From NCBI GenBank assembly GCA_034530875.2, contig JAVRCJ020000014.1:1-64000 (forward strand): DNA of 64,000 nt. Reading direction: 5' to 3'. The notes beneath the pieces were generated by a model. The model was not told where the DNA came from and searched no databases. It was given only the letters and a program-made list of their open reading frames with translations. This stretch comes from Nostoc sp. DedSLP01. GTDB lineage: Bacteria; Cyanobacteriota; Cyanobacteriia; Cyanobacteriales; Nostocaceae. The number at the start of each line of letters is the position of its first letter. The first letter of the stretch is position 1. Shown here piece by piece: positions 9,709-19,746 of this stretch. Made by a program: the position numbers and the translations under genes.

Positions 9709-11037
9709 ATGCGTGCATTCAGCGCCCTGTGTTTTGTCAGTCTTCAAGTAGGGGCTTTTTTAGCAACACCTATTCAGGTTGTTGTTGCTCAGCCTTTCCC
9801 ATCTCAAGCACAACCCCCTGCCCCCGTACCGGGTACTGAGGAAGTTGTACCTCCAAGTGTAAATGACGAAATTTCGCCTCAACTCAGCCGTTATCTTTTG
9901 GGTCCCGGTGATGCGATTGGCGTTGTGCTTCAGCGTCCTCCTGGCCCGTATCGCTTAGGAATCGGAGATGCAATTAGCGTTTCGGTTCAGCGCTTTCCAG
10001 AGTTAAGCTTTCAAGCTGTAATTAATCCAGAAGGTAACATTGTCGTACCTTTACTGGGAACAGTTTCCTTGCAAGGTTTAACTTTGGCAGAAGCTCAAGA
10101 AAAAATTCGCTTGGGTTTGAATCGTTATGTTGTCGATCCGGTAATAGTTTTAGCCTTAGCAAGCCAGCGTCAAGAGTTTGGTTTTCAAGCTGTAATTAGT
10201 CCAGAAGGCAACGTTGTAGTGCCACAAGTAGGAACGGTGTCAGTACAAGGTTTAACTTTGGAAGAAGCTCAAGAAAAAATTCGCTTGGGTTTAAGTCGGA
10301 TTTTTGCAGATCCTATAGTGGTAGTATCCTTAGTAGGAACGCGACCAGTACAAGTGACTATTAGTGGGGAAATATTTCGGCCAGGAATTTATCCGGTTAA
10401 TTCACCAACACCCCGTGTAGCCGATGCTTTGTTAATATCTGGTGGTTCAACAGTGAACGCAGACCTGCGACAAGTACAAATACGCCGGAAGTTGGTGGAT
10501 GGTTCAGTAGTGTCGCAAACTATAGACTTGTATGCAGCACTGCAAAACGGTGGCTCAATCCCCAATTTGCGCTTACAAGACGGAGATGCGATCTTTGTAC
10601 CTCGGCGTGAAATTGGTAATGATGATGGTTACGACCGCAATTTGGTCGCACGTTCATCCTTAGCTACGCCACAGATCAAAGTTCGAGTTTTAAACTACGC
10701 TGCCGGTGGTATTTCTACTCAAGCGCTGCCTAATGGCAGTACATTTGTAGATGCTTTGGGAGGAGTAAATCTGGATACTGCTAACCTACGGAGCATTGCC
10801 TTGGTTCGCTTCGATCCCGAACGAGGTAGAGCTGTTACCCAAAAACTGGATGCCAAAAAAGCTCTGGGAGGCGATGCATCTCAAAACGTGCCACTTCAAG
10901 ATAATGATGTTATTGTTGTTGGCCGAAACCTTGTCGGTAGAATTACTAATTTACTCAGTACCATTACCCAACCCTTCTTTAATGTGCAATCTTTTCTCCG
11001 ATTTTTTGATAACTTCGGCGGCGGTGGTTCTAATTAG
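9709..11037 (+). CDS. Polysaccharide export protein (Wza-like, SLBB domains)
   Basis: YRLGIGDAISVSV/PEGNIVVP export domain (duplicated), GEIFRPGIY and LQDGDAIFVP. Confidence 0.9.
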   Translation: MRAFSALCFVSLQVGAFLATPIQVVVAQPFPSQAQPPAPVPGTEEVVPPSVNDEISPQLSRYLLGPGDAIGVVLQRPPGPYRLGIGDAISVSVQRFPELSFQAVINPEGNIVVPLLGTVSLQGLTLAEAQEKIRLGLNRYVVDPVIVLALASQRQEFGFQAVISPEGNVVVPQVGTVSVQGLTLEEAQEKIRLGLSRIFADPIVVVSLVGTRPVQVTISGEIFRPGIYPVNSPTPRVADALLISGGSTVNADLRQVQIRRKLVDGSVVSQTIDLYAALQNGGSIPNLRLQDGDAIFVPRREIGNDDGYDRNLVARSSLATPQIKVRVLNYAAGGISTQALPNGSTFVDALGGVNLDTANLRSIALVRFDPERGRAVTQKLDAKKALGGDASQNVPLQDNDVIVVGRNLVGRITNLLSTITQPFFNVQSFLRFFDNFGGGGSN

Positions 11038-11186
11038 GGAATGGGAAAATGCGGCAAAGGAGACAAGGAGACAAGGAGACAAGGGGAATAATTCTTAATT
11101 GCTAACTCTTAACTGCTCACTTAGTACTTCTTATGCCCAATGACTAATGACTAATGACTAATGACTAACTACAACACGCCTCTGCC

Positions 11187-13355
11187 ATGACCCCACCAAT
11201 CGTTAAACGCTATCTTATTGCTTTTGAAAAATACAAGTGGATTGGACTAGCTAGTTTTGGTTTAGTTGTAGTAGGGTCAACGGTGGTGGCTATGCAACCA
11301 GAACCACCTGCTAGTTATATAGCATCCGCTGCACTGACATATAGCGGACCGCCAGTTTCTTTCTCTGCAACTGGTAGTGAAATCCAACAGCAAGGAAAGG
11401 AATTAAATGAGGAAGTTTTACTATCAAATCAGATAGTTGCAGCAGTAGCAGAGAAAGTAAATATTAAACCTAAACAACTCGGTTCAAGTGTTGTTCTTTC
11501 TCTTCCTAAAAAAAATCCCAGGACAGGAGATTTTGAAACTACTACTTTTGAACTGAAATATATAGATACCGATCCTAAAAGAGCCATAGAAGTGTTGGCA
11601 GAATTGATGCAATCAATGGTCAAGTTGAGCAGTGACATCAATACTGGACGATTACAAGCTATTATTCAAAAAATTAACGAGCGCCTACCACAAGCTAAAC
11701 GGGAATTGCAAATTGCTGAAAAGAAATTAGAACGGTACGATCGCATTGAGCGTACAGCAATATTAGCAGCGGAAAATGGCAGTTTGCTGGCTGCGGTTAC
11801 TTCCAGCCAAAATCTCCAACGGCAAATTCAATTAACTATTTCTGGGGTTGACGGGCAAATTCGCAGTTTACAAAATAAGTTAGGCTTAACAGTCGGACAG
11901 GCTTATATTTCCTCTGCTTTAAGTGCCGATCCTATTATTGGCAACTTGCGATCGCAAATTTATCAAACAGAGTCGCAAATCGCTCTACTCAGAAAAGATT
12001 TACGACTCGAACACCCAACGATGGTTCAGTTGCTACGTCAGAAACAAGCTTCTGAGGAATTACTGCAACAACGTGCTGCTGAGGTTTTAGGTGGTAATGG
12101 CATAGCGTCTCCACTCCGGGGTGACATTTCTGGAATTCGCACTTCATCCAGTTTAGATCCAGCACGGCAACAACTGGCAAATCAAATGGTGTCTTTGCAA
12201 ACCCAACGAGAGACACTGCAACAACAACTAAATCAAGAAATCCAACAGGAAGGACGCCTCCGAAAAGAGTATGCTTTAATACCTAACAAGCAATTAGAGC
12301 GATCGCGTTTAGAGCAGGAAGTAGCACTCAAAAAAGCCATCTATGACCAAATGCAGGCGAAGCTAACAGATGCTAAAACTGCCGAGGCAGAAACTACAAG
12401 CAGTCTCAGCATTGCCAGACGCCCAACAGTTATTCCCGATATCAAACCTCCTAAGAGCGTACCTATTACCCTAGCTGTAGGTGGTTTCTTGGGTGTGTTG
12501 GTTGGTGGCGGGGTGATATTTTTATTAGGCTCGTTGGAAGCGACTTTCAAAACCAGAGAAGATATCCGCGAGAGCCTCAAACAGCGGGAAGTGGCACTCT
12601 TGGGAGAGTTGCCTTTAATGCTAGTTGACGATCTGGATAAAGAAGCAGTACCAGTAGTACTTTCTATAGAATCTCCTTATTTAGAATTTTATGAAAAGTT
12701 CCGTAGTAATCTGCGGCGGATTGGTGGTAGAAATTTAAAAGTGGTTTTAATTACTAGTACCAGTAGCTCAGAGGGTAAAACGGCTAGTGCATATAACTTG
12801 GGTATTGCTTCTGCCCGTGCTGGTAAAAGAACCTTGATTATCGAAACAGATTTGCGATCGCCTTCTCGTTGTGCGTCGTTGAAAGTTATTCCCGATCCTG
12901 AGTCCACCATTGAACCCCTGCGTTATTACGCTGACTTGAGTGAATGTATTCGTTTAGTGCCTGATGTTGAAAATTTATACATAGTCCCCAGTCCCGGCCC
13001 TGTACGGCAATCGGCTGCTGTTCTCGAATCTAGCGAAATACGGCGGCTGATGGATGATGTCCGCGAACGCTTTGATTTAGTAATTTTAGATACTAGCCCT
13101 TTAAGTCTATCCAACGATCCGTTGTTAATTCAACCCTACAGCGATGGCATAGTAATAGTGGCGCGACCACATTATACAGAAGAGAACATGTTAGGGGAAG
13201 CGATCGATCAATTAGTTGAATCGGAACTGGGGTTATTAGGAGCAATTATTAATGGCGCTGATATTATCGTTTCTTTACCTCCACAAACATTGCCATCTGA
13301 AGTAGAACCAGAAATTGTCGAAGAATCAGAAGAAGTTTCAGCACGTGCGAGTTGA
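11187..13355 (+). CDS. GumC/Wzc-like polysaccharide chain-length determinant with BY-kinase-like domain
   Basis: Two TM segments, coiled coil, ITSTSSSEGKT Walker A, IIETDLRSP and VILDTSP. Confidence 0.88.
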   Translation: MTPPIVKRYLIAFEKYKWIGLASFGLVVVGSTVVAMQPEPPASYIASAALTYSGPPVSFSATGSEIQQQGKELNEEVLLSNQIVAAVAEKVNIKPKQLGSSVVLSLPKKNPRTGDFETTTFELKYIDTDPKRAIEVLAELMQSMVKLSSDINTGRLQAIIQKINERLPQAKRELQIAEKKLERYDRIERTAILAAENGSLLAAVTSSQNLQRQIQLTISGVDGQIRSLQNKLGLTVGQAYISSALSADPIIGNLRSQIYQTESQIALLRKDLRLEHPTMVQLLRQKQASEELLQQRAAEVLGGNGIASPLRGDISGIRTSSSLDPARQQLANQMVSLQTQRETLQQQLNQEIQQEGRLRKEYALIPNKQLERSRLEQEVALKKAIYDQMQAKLTDAKTAEAETTSSLSIARRPTVIPDIKPPKSVPITLAVGGFLGVLVGGGVIFLLGSLEATFKTREDIRESLKQREVALLGELPLMLVDDLDKEAVPVVLSIESPYLEFYEKFRSNLRRIGGRNLKVVLITSTSSSEGKTASAYNLGIASARAGKRTLIIETDLRSPSRCASLKVIPDPESTIEPLRYYADLSECIRLVPDVENLYIVPSPGPVRQSAAVLESSEIRRLMDDVRERFDLVILDTSPLSLSNDPLLIQPYSDGIVIVARPHYTEENMLGEAIDQLVESELGLLGAIINGADIIVSLPPQTLPSEVEPEIVEESEEVSARAS

Positions 13356-13541
13356 AAAGAGGGACTGGGGACTGGTGAATAGGGAGTAGGGATTAGGAAT
13401 TAGGATTTTGAAAAAACTTTCCTAATAAGCTAATAATCATTCAAATTGCATCAGAGCGTCTCCCCTTTTGTGCGTCCCCGCGTCTTTCTGAGGCTAAGGA
13501 TTATGCAACTTAAAGACGGATTAGCTTACCTAGTCCCTCCA

Positions 13542-14213
13542 TTAATCAGGTCTAAATAATCCAAATACAGGAGCAAGAATTATTCCGAAAACAAAACCAC
13601 CGATGTGCGCCCAGTAGGCAACTCCACCAGTTTCCACACTCATACGAGCAGCGACTTGCAGACTTGCAAGACCGGAGAACACATTTTGTACAAAGAAAAG
13701 TCCAATTATTACTAGTGCTGGAATTCTGATGGTGGTGACAAAAAACCCCAAAAATATTAAAGTCATCACTCTAGCTTGGGGAAAGCGAATAATGTAGGCA
13801 CCTAAAACCCCAGAAATTGCACCACTTGCCCCTAAAGAAGGAATTTCAGAATTGATGCCAATAAACCACTGGCACAATGCAGCTAAAGCACCACATGCCA
13901 AATAAAAAATTAAATATTTAAGATGACCTAAACGATCTTCAATATTGTTACCAAAAACCCAGAGAAACAGCATATTTGAGATTAAGTGCCACCAACCGCC
14001 GTGTAAGAATTGCGAGGTGAATAATGTTATCCATTCTCCAGACAAATTGGAGGTTAACTCTCGAGGGATTACTGCATACCGATCTAAAAACAGATTCAAT
14101 TGTGCATTTGACAGGCTCACCTCGTGAAGAAAAACTAGAATATTCATACCAATTAACCCATAGGTGAAATACGGGGTAATTCGCGTAGGATTTTCATCGT
14201 AAAGAGGAAACAC
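13542..14213 (-). CDS. Rhomboid family intramembrane serine protease
   Basis: FLHGGWWHLISNM, GASGA (Ser) and WAHIGGF (His); GTG start after AGGA. Confidence 0.93.
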   Translation of the reverse strand: MFPLYDENPTRITPYFTYGLIGMNILVFLHEVSLSNAQLNLFLDRYAVIPRELTSNLSGEWITLFTSQFLHGGWWHLISNMLFLWVFGNNIEDRLGHLKYLIFYLACGALAALCQWFIGINSEIPSLGASGAISGVLGAYIIRFPQARVMTLIFLGFFVTTIRIPALVIIGLFFVQNVFSGLASLQVAARMSVETGGVAYWAHIGGFVFGIILAPVFGLFRPD

Positions 14214-14545
14214 AGGTGTTTTTCCTAAATTATTAACTAATTGCAATATAGCTTGTATGGCTAGCAGTTGTTGAGTTTAAGTATTTTGACTCACAGTAGC
14301 TCGGTAAAAATACAGCACGATTCACAATTCACAAGTCAGAATTGACAATTAGAATCGTCTGTGTACTCAACTTGGAAAGCTAGATGGTATAGCAATTGAA
14401 GAATTAGGATGATGAATTGACTGTAAAACAAAGATAACAACAGACTTTCAAGGCTATTGCCTCTTGCCTGCCATAACAAATTAATGCAAAATCCCACTCT
14501 TTTTAGGAGTGGGATAAGCTCAAAAATGAAAACTTTTGATAACTA

Positions 14546-15262
14546 CTATAACCAAGATTCCTCTGCGGATTTATCGCTAAATAAACCCAACACGGGGCCG
14601 AGAATTGCTCCAAAGATAAAGCCACCTGCATGGGCCCAGTAAGCAATACCGCCGCTTTCCATACCTATGTTGGTAGGTGTTTCGAGGCTGGCAAGTCCGT
14701 AGAAGGCTTGTTCGAGAAACCAAAATCCTAGAAAGAAATATGCCGGGACGCGGAAAGTGGGAAAGAAAAATCCTAAAGGCACAACGCCAATAACTTCAGC
14801 ATTGGGAAAACGGAGAATGTATGCTCCCATAACACCTGCGATCGCACCACTCGCCCCCAATGAAGGAATGCTAGAATTTTGACTGAAATACCACTGGGTC
14901 AATGAGGCTAAAACGCCGCAAGACAAATAAAATATCAAATATTTGATATGACCTAATTTATCTTCAACGTTGTTGCCAAAAATCCAGAGAAACAACATAT
15001 TGCCGCCTAAGTGCAGCAAACCGCCGTGCAAAAATTGTGAGGTAACTAAAGTAGCCCACTCTGGTACTGGTTGATTTACAGAAATGCCCCCAAAGCTCAA
15101 GGTAAGTTCTCGTGGAACTACAGCTGCAAGGTGTAAAAACCCATCTAATGCTCGTGGGGGAAGACTTGATTCATAAATAAATGCAAGCACGTTGAGAGCA
15201 ACTAGTGCATAAGTCACATAAGGGGTAATTTTTGTAGGATTATTATCTCTAATGGGAACCAC
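14546..15262 (-). CDS. Rhomboid family intramembrane serine protease (tandem paralog)
   Basis: FLHGGLLHLGGNM, GASGA and WAHAGGF. Confidence 0.93.
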   Translation of the reverse strand: MVPIRDNNPTKITPYVTYALVALNVLAFIYESSLPPRALDGFLHLAAVVPRELTLSFGGISVNQPVPEWATLVTSQFLHGGLLHLGGNMLFLWIFGNNVEDKLGHIKYLIFYLSCGVLASLTQWYFSQNSSIPSLGASGAIAGVMGAYILRFPNAEVIGVVPLGFFFPTFRVPAYFFLGFWFLEQAFYGLASLETPTNIGMESGGIAYWAHAGGFIFGAILGPVLGLFSDKSAEESWL

Positions 15263-15590
15263 AGGCGTTTTTCCTGATTCTAAAGCACAAGCTTTACGTT
15301 ACTGAATTTTGCAAGTAGTTTCTTCTACCTCGTGGATGGATTTTGCTTTAGATTTGAGATTGAGTGCTGATTAATCTTGGGCAAGAGATGGCGATCGCTT
15401 AAAACTCTTTGCTGACCTAGCACCACTGCCCAGAATTAAAAATGCTTTATTGTATAGCCTTTTGAAGAATTTTTCATGATATCTTAATCTCAGCCAGTCT
15501 ACTAGTAAGATTCATAATCATTACAGTACATTTTTCACAATATACAAAGCAGATTGCCAATAACCTACCTTGAGGCTAGCAAATGAAATT

Positions 15591-16526
15591 ATGCGGCCAG
15601 AATTATTTTTGATGCAGCAAGATGTTATACCGTTAATTGAGTCGCTGATTACATTTGCAATTATGTTTGGCAATGCTAGTGATCGCCTGACTGTTCTGCA
15701 AAACGCTAATATTGATAAAGCTTTCCTGAGCAGTCTAAATCTTAGTGATGAGCCTAGAAAATTTGCTCAACAGTTAGTCTCAAGATTTAGAACTTATCGT
15801 GTTTCCAATAACAAATTGGACTATCACCCTATGATAAAACTGCTCACACACCTGTGTGAAATTGCGCCTAACTACAATGAACTAATCAATGATGTACCTT
15901 TATTCAGCAGACTAGCTCAACAGGGCCAAGAAAACTTAAAAGCTTTGGTTGCTCGTAATAGCGTTGCCAGTATTATTATGGACTCACCTAAAGGTAGTCA
16001 TATTGGAACAGGTGTGTTAATCCGCAAAAGTTGGCTACTCACTTGTAATCATATTTTTAGCAAAAGTCAGGCAAAAACAGCTTGGGCACGGTTTAATTAC
16101 ATCGAAGGAAGCCACAATTTAGATTCAGATGTCTTTGAACTCGATTTAGCAACACTGATACGCTCCAGTCAACTTGATTATGCTGTGGCTAGAGTCAAAA
16201 ATGTGCCACAACAACAAAATGTTACAGCTAGCGATGCTCTATTAGATAGTGGGCAGAAAATTCGTTTGATTCACCATCCGCAAGGACAACATGCAGTCAT
16301 TTCAGAGCTAGGTGAGATTGTGCAAGTGGGAGCAGATTACATCGACCATAATATCAGCACTGAGGATGGTTCATCTGGTGCGCCAATCTTCAATTGTGAT
16401 TGGCAATTAGTGGCTATACATCGAGGAAATTTAGGTATAGGTGTGGGGCGATCGCAAGAGCCAGGAACAACCTCTGGTTTTCCCGTTTGTGCCTTCTGGC
16501 AAAATATTCAAACTCAACTGTTTTAA
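15591..16526 (+). CDS. Trypsin-like serine peptidase with N-terminal helical effector-associated-like domain
   Basis: GTGVLI..LLTCNH (His), LDYA (Asp), IHHPQG and GSSGAPIF (Ser); ~110-aa helical N-terminus; start uncertain (TTG 15570 possible). Confidence 0.88.
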   Translation: MRPELFLMQQDVIPLIESLITFAIMFGNASDRLTVLQNANIDKAFLSSLNLSDEPRKFAQQLVSRFRTYRVSNNKLDYHPMIKLLTHLCEIAPNYNELINDVPLFSRLAQQGQENLKALVARNSVASIIMDSPKGSHIGTGVLIRKSWLLTCNHIFSKSQAKTAWARFNYIEGSHNLDSDVFELDLATLIRSSQLDYAVARVKNVPQQQNVTASDALLDSGQKIRLIHHPQGQHAVISELGEIVQVGADYIDHNISTEDGSSGAPIFNCDWQLVAIHRGNLGIGVGRSQEPGTTSGFPVCAFWQNIQTQLF

Positions 16527-16546
16527 TATTATTTAGAAATTGATTT

Positions 16547-17653
16547 ATGAACTTGCCATTTTCAGAATTGTTCAGACGAAACTCCCCAAGGTATCAAGCC
16601 CAGTTTCTAGAAGAATATTGCGTTGATGTAGATTATGATGCTACACCAATCAAAGCAGGAGAAGCTTATTGTCGCCTATGGTTAGTAGAGATGCATTTAG
16701 CTAAAGACGTGCATTGGTTGAGGGAAAGATATCCAGTAGTTCATGCTGCTATTCGCTTTAATCATGATGGTAAATCTTTAACAGTTCCCTATCTTGCCGA
16801 ACCAGGACATTTAAAAGAACTGACAAAAGATAATTTAAATAAAGTAATTCAATATAACTATCCGCTTACACCTCTATTTCCTTTCAACAACGGTTTAGTA
16901 GAGTTGCAAGCAGGTTTATTCAGTATGGTCAATAGCGATCCTATTGGTAAATTTATTAAAACAATGGGAAGGTTTTCGGAGTTATTGCCAGTACCGAATA
17001 TCTCATCTTTACTGAAGATAGTAGAACCTATATATCGAGGAATTGAAGACTTAATTGGTGCTGGAGAAGGTCATTTAGAGTTAGGTTATCAGCAAACATT
17101 TTCGGCAGCAGGTGGAGGAGGTAACAATGATTTGAGAGCAGGTTATTTAGTCGCAATTTTAGCTGAAGAAAACCAAATTAATCCAGATACACTGTGTATC
17201 GTAAATGATAGTCTAAAAATCGTTCATTATAAGCTAAAAGAACCTGGATTTGGAAGATCCAAAGATTTCATTAGGGATGCCAAACCACTGGAAGGCTACA
17301 GCTATATGCTATTCCGTATAGAAAAACGTACATCTCAAGATTGGGAGTCGCTAACCCAAATTAAGGAATTGGTGAATAAAGCTCAGGATGCTGTATTTGA
17401 TGGTAATTATGACAAAGCAAAAAATCTTCTTTTGCCTGCAATTAAAATAGCAATTTATTCTAGCCCTGATTTGATAAAGGTTGACCGTGAAAACATGGTA
17501 CTGAAAATTCAAGATTATTTGAGTGAGATTGGTTTACAAGGTGCTAGCACACAAAAGCGATCGCTCTTTTCAATTATGCAGCGTCCTCTACCAGTTTTAG
17601 ATGCTCAGACAGAGGCAGAATTGACAGCGTTAGAACAAATTTTTGTACAGTAA
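16547..17653 (+). CDS. Uncharacterised 368-aa protein in the MoxR-vWA operon
   Basis: Long ORF 20 bp after the protease, co-oriented; no family recognised. Confidence 0.8.
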   Translation: MNLPFSELFRRNSPRYQAQFLEEYCVDVDYDATPIKAGEAYCRLWLVEMHLAKDVHWLRERYPVVHAAIRFNHDGKSLTVPYLAEPGHLKELTKDNLNKVIQYNYPLTPLFPFNNGLVELQAGLFSMVNSDPIGKFIKTMGRFSELLPVPNISSLLKIVEPIYRGIEDLIGAGEGHLELGYQQTFSAAGGGGNNDLRAGYLVAILAEENQINPDTLCIVNDSLKIVHYKLKEPGFGRSKDFIRDAKPLEGYSYMLFRIEKRTSQDWESLTQIKELVNKAQDAVFDGNYDKAKNLLLPAIKIAIYSSPDLIKVDRENMVLKIQDYLSEIGLQGASTQKRSLFSIMQRPLPVLDAQTEAELTALEQIFVQ

Positions 17654-17705
17654 AGTATACCCACAATTACTATTCATTGGATTTTACTCCTTCTGAAACT
17701 GATTT

Positions 17706-18782
17706 ATGACGTCGATCAATCATAAACTTTCTGCTGAGTTGCAGAAAGTTTTAATTAACAATACTTACTTTCAAGCTTTAAATAATAATTCTAGACAAGA
17801 CCTATTAGTTAACTGTGGCTTAGGCAAATACTGTCATAAAATTATTTTAGATAAGAGATTACCTGATTTTATTTCTAGCATTTTTAGTCAATTTATCCAA
17901 ATTAATATTGACGAAAAACCAGCATTAATTATTTTTTTAGAACATATATTTATTTTAAGTGATGTGAATTTTGATTTCTCATCTCAAGAACAACAATTAA
18001 TTAAGCTTTTTATTGAACAATTAGAAAGAAATAATAGATATAATAACTTGCTAACTGAAGGTAGGAATACACCTACTCCAGTTCAACAACCGATCAAAGT
18101 CGATCGGGGTATAATCGTTAACTACGACTTAGAAATTCTGATGAGTAAATTCAGACAAAAAGTCAGGCATGAAGGAGCATTTGCTTTTGCTGTTAAAGGC
18201 GAGCATCGAATTTTGGAGGAGTATATTATCGAGCGAATACAGAGAGAATTGAAATTGTTAACTGGTCGTCCAAATACAAAATTAGAAATACGGCTTTGCC
18301 CAGAAAGCATTTCAACTTCTTCAAGTATAAAAAATAAATTTTTAAATAAATATAATTATCAAGACTTTCCTGAATTATTTAATACAGAATGCAATCCAGA
18401 TGTTTTACTAATTATCTGGAATCACAATGATTCTCAGGAATATAGGAATTTATTAGCTTCATCATCTCAATCTTTTTGGCAAGATATTTTACCTTCTTTA
18501 TTACCGTGTCTAATTAATAAAAGTCGCTGCTTTGTCATAATTTGGGCGAATGTTGGTAAATATTTATTAAGCGGATTTACTGTCTTAAAAACTCCAAATA
18601 ATTTTCAATTGGAAGATTTAGAACCGTGGTTTCGTGGCCAGCTAAGAATGATAGGAATTGAAGCTACGCAGATCGAAAAATACCTCAAGCGGCTGCGAAG
18701 TCAATGTGGAGATTTAACAACAACTTATTTAGAAATGAAAGACATCCTCCAAGAGTTAGGAGGTACTAGGCGTTATGGATAA
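17706..18782 (+). CDS. EAD-like N-terminus plus inactive STAND (iSTAND)-like NTPase-fold protein
   Basis: Helical N-terminus, then NYD..F.. FAFAVKGE strand with no GKT; sits directly before the MoxR gene with an 8-bp overlap. Confidence 0.6.
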   Translation: MTSINHKLSAELQKVLINNTYFQALNNNSRQDLLVNCGLGKYCHKIILDKRLPDFISSIFSQFIQINIDEKPALIIFLEHIFILSDVNFDFSSQEQQLIKLFIEQLERNNRYNNLLTEGRNTPTPVQQPIKVDRGIIVNYDLEILMSKFRQKVRHEGAFAFAVKGEHRILEEYIIERIQRELKLLTGRPNTKLEIRLCPESISTSSSIKNKFLNKYNYQDFPELFNTECNPDVLLIIWNHNDSQEYRNLLASSSQSFWQDILPSLLPCLINKSRCFVIIWANVGKYLLSGFTVLKTPNNFQLEDLEPWFRGQLRMIGIEATQIEKYLKRLRSQCGDLTTTYLEMKDILQELGGTRRYG

Positions 18783-19746
18783 ATTAGCAAGAATTTACAA
18801 AGGTGAGGGTAAACGCCGCTATAAGCAATTTACGGATGCATGGATGCATGAAGAACCTTATATTGCCTCTAAATCCTTAACTGATGCTGTTAACACCGCC
18901 CTTTATCTGCGTCGTCCTTTATTGCTTGAAGGCGATCCAGGTTGCGGTAAAACTCGTTTAGCTTATGCAGTTGCTTATGAATTAGGTTATCCCCTTCATA
19001 CTTGCTACATCCGTTCTTCGAGTCGAGCGCAAGATTTACTATATGATTATGATGCTTTGAGGCGATTATATGATATTCAAGAAGGAAAAGTAGCAAATAA
19101 TCAAAATCAAGCGGCATCAAGAGAGAAGTATGTCACTTTAGGAGAATTAGGAAAAGCGATCGCACAGTCCCAAAATGATATTCCCTCAGTTGTACTCATC
19201 GATGAAATTGATAAAGCCGATATTGATTTTCCCAATGACTTGTTACTGGAACTGGATAGATTGCAATTTCAAGTCAAAGAAGTGCCGGAAATGAAGTATG
19301 ATGCTTTAAAGGGTAAAACACGTCAGGAACGGCGAGACTGTTTACCACTAATTATCATCACTAGCAACCGAGAGAAAGAATTGCCACAACCTTTTCTCCG
19401 GCGTTGTTTATTCTACTATCTTGAATTTCCTAATCAAGAAACACTGAAACAAATTCTCCAGAGCCATTTTCGCAACCAGATTACGCCCATATTTGAAGTA
19501 GCGCTGAAAAAATTTTGGGATCTGCGGTATGAGTTAAAAAGTTGGCGAAAAATCCCTGGAACCAGTGAATTTTTGGATTGGGTAGCAATTTTAGAGCAAA
19601 AACAGCAGACTAACCAACTAAATGCCGAAAAATTGGCAAGTACCAATGTAGTATATTTACCTCATTTAGAGACGCTGGTGAAAACTCAAAGCGATCGCAA
19701 CGCCCTTAATAGCAGGAGAAAAAATCTGGACAAGAAGAATGGCTAA
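18775..19746 (+). CDS. MoxR family AAA+ ATPase
   Basis: RPLLLEGDPGCGKT Walker A, VVLIDEIDKADIDFPNDLL Walker B and ITSNREKELP.PFLRRC. Confidence 0.95.
   Translation: MDKLARIYKGEGKRRYKQFTDAWMHEEPYIASKSLTDAVNTALYLRRPLLLEGDPGCGKTRLAYAVAYELGYPLHTCYIRSSSRAQDLLYDYDALRRLYDIQEGKVANNQNQAASREKYVTLGELGKAIAQSQNDIPSVVLIDEIDKADIDFPNDLLLELDRLQFQVKEVPEMKYDALKGKTRQERRDCLPLIIITSNREKELPQPFLRRCLFYYLEFPNQETLKQILQSHFRNQITPIFEVALKKFWDLRYELKSWRKIPGTSEFLDWVAILEQKQQTNQLNAEKLASTNVVYLPHLETLVKTQSDRNALNSRRKNLDKKNG

Noticed and set aside
16547..17653. Bacterial gasdermin call for the protease-adjacent gene
   Set aside because: No N-terminal Cys or recognisable gasdermin pattern; kept only as an unknown candidate effector
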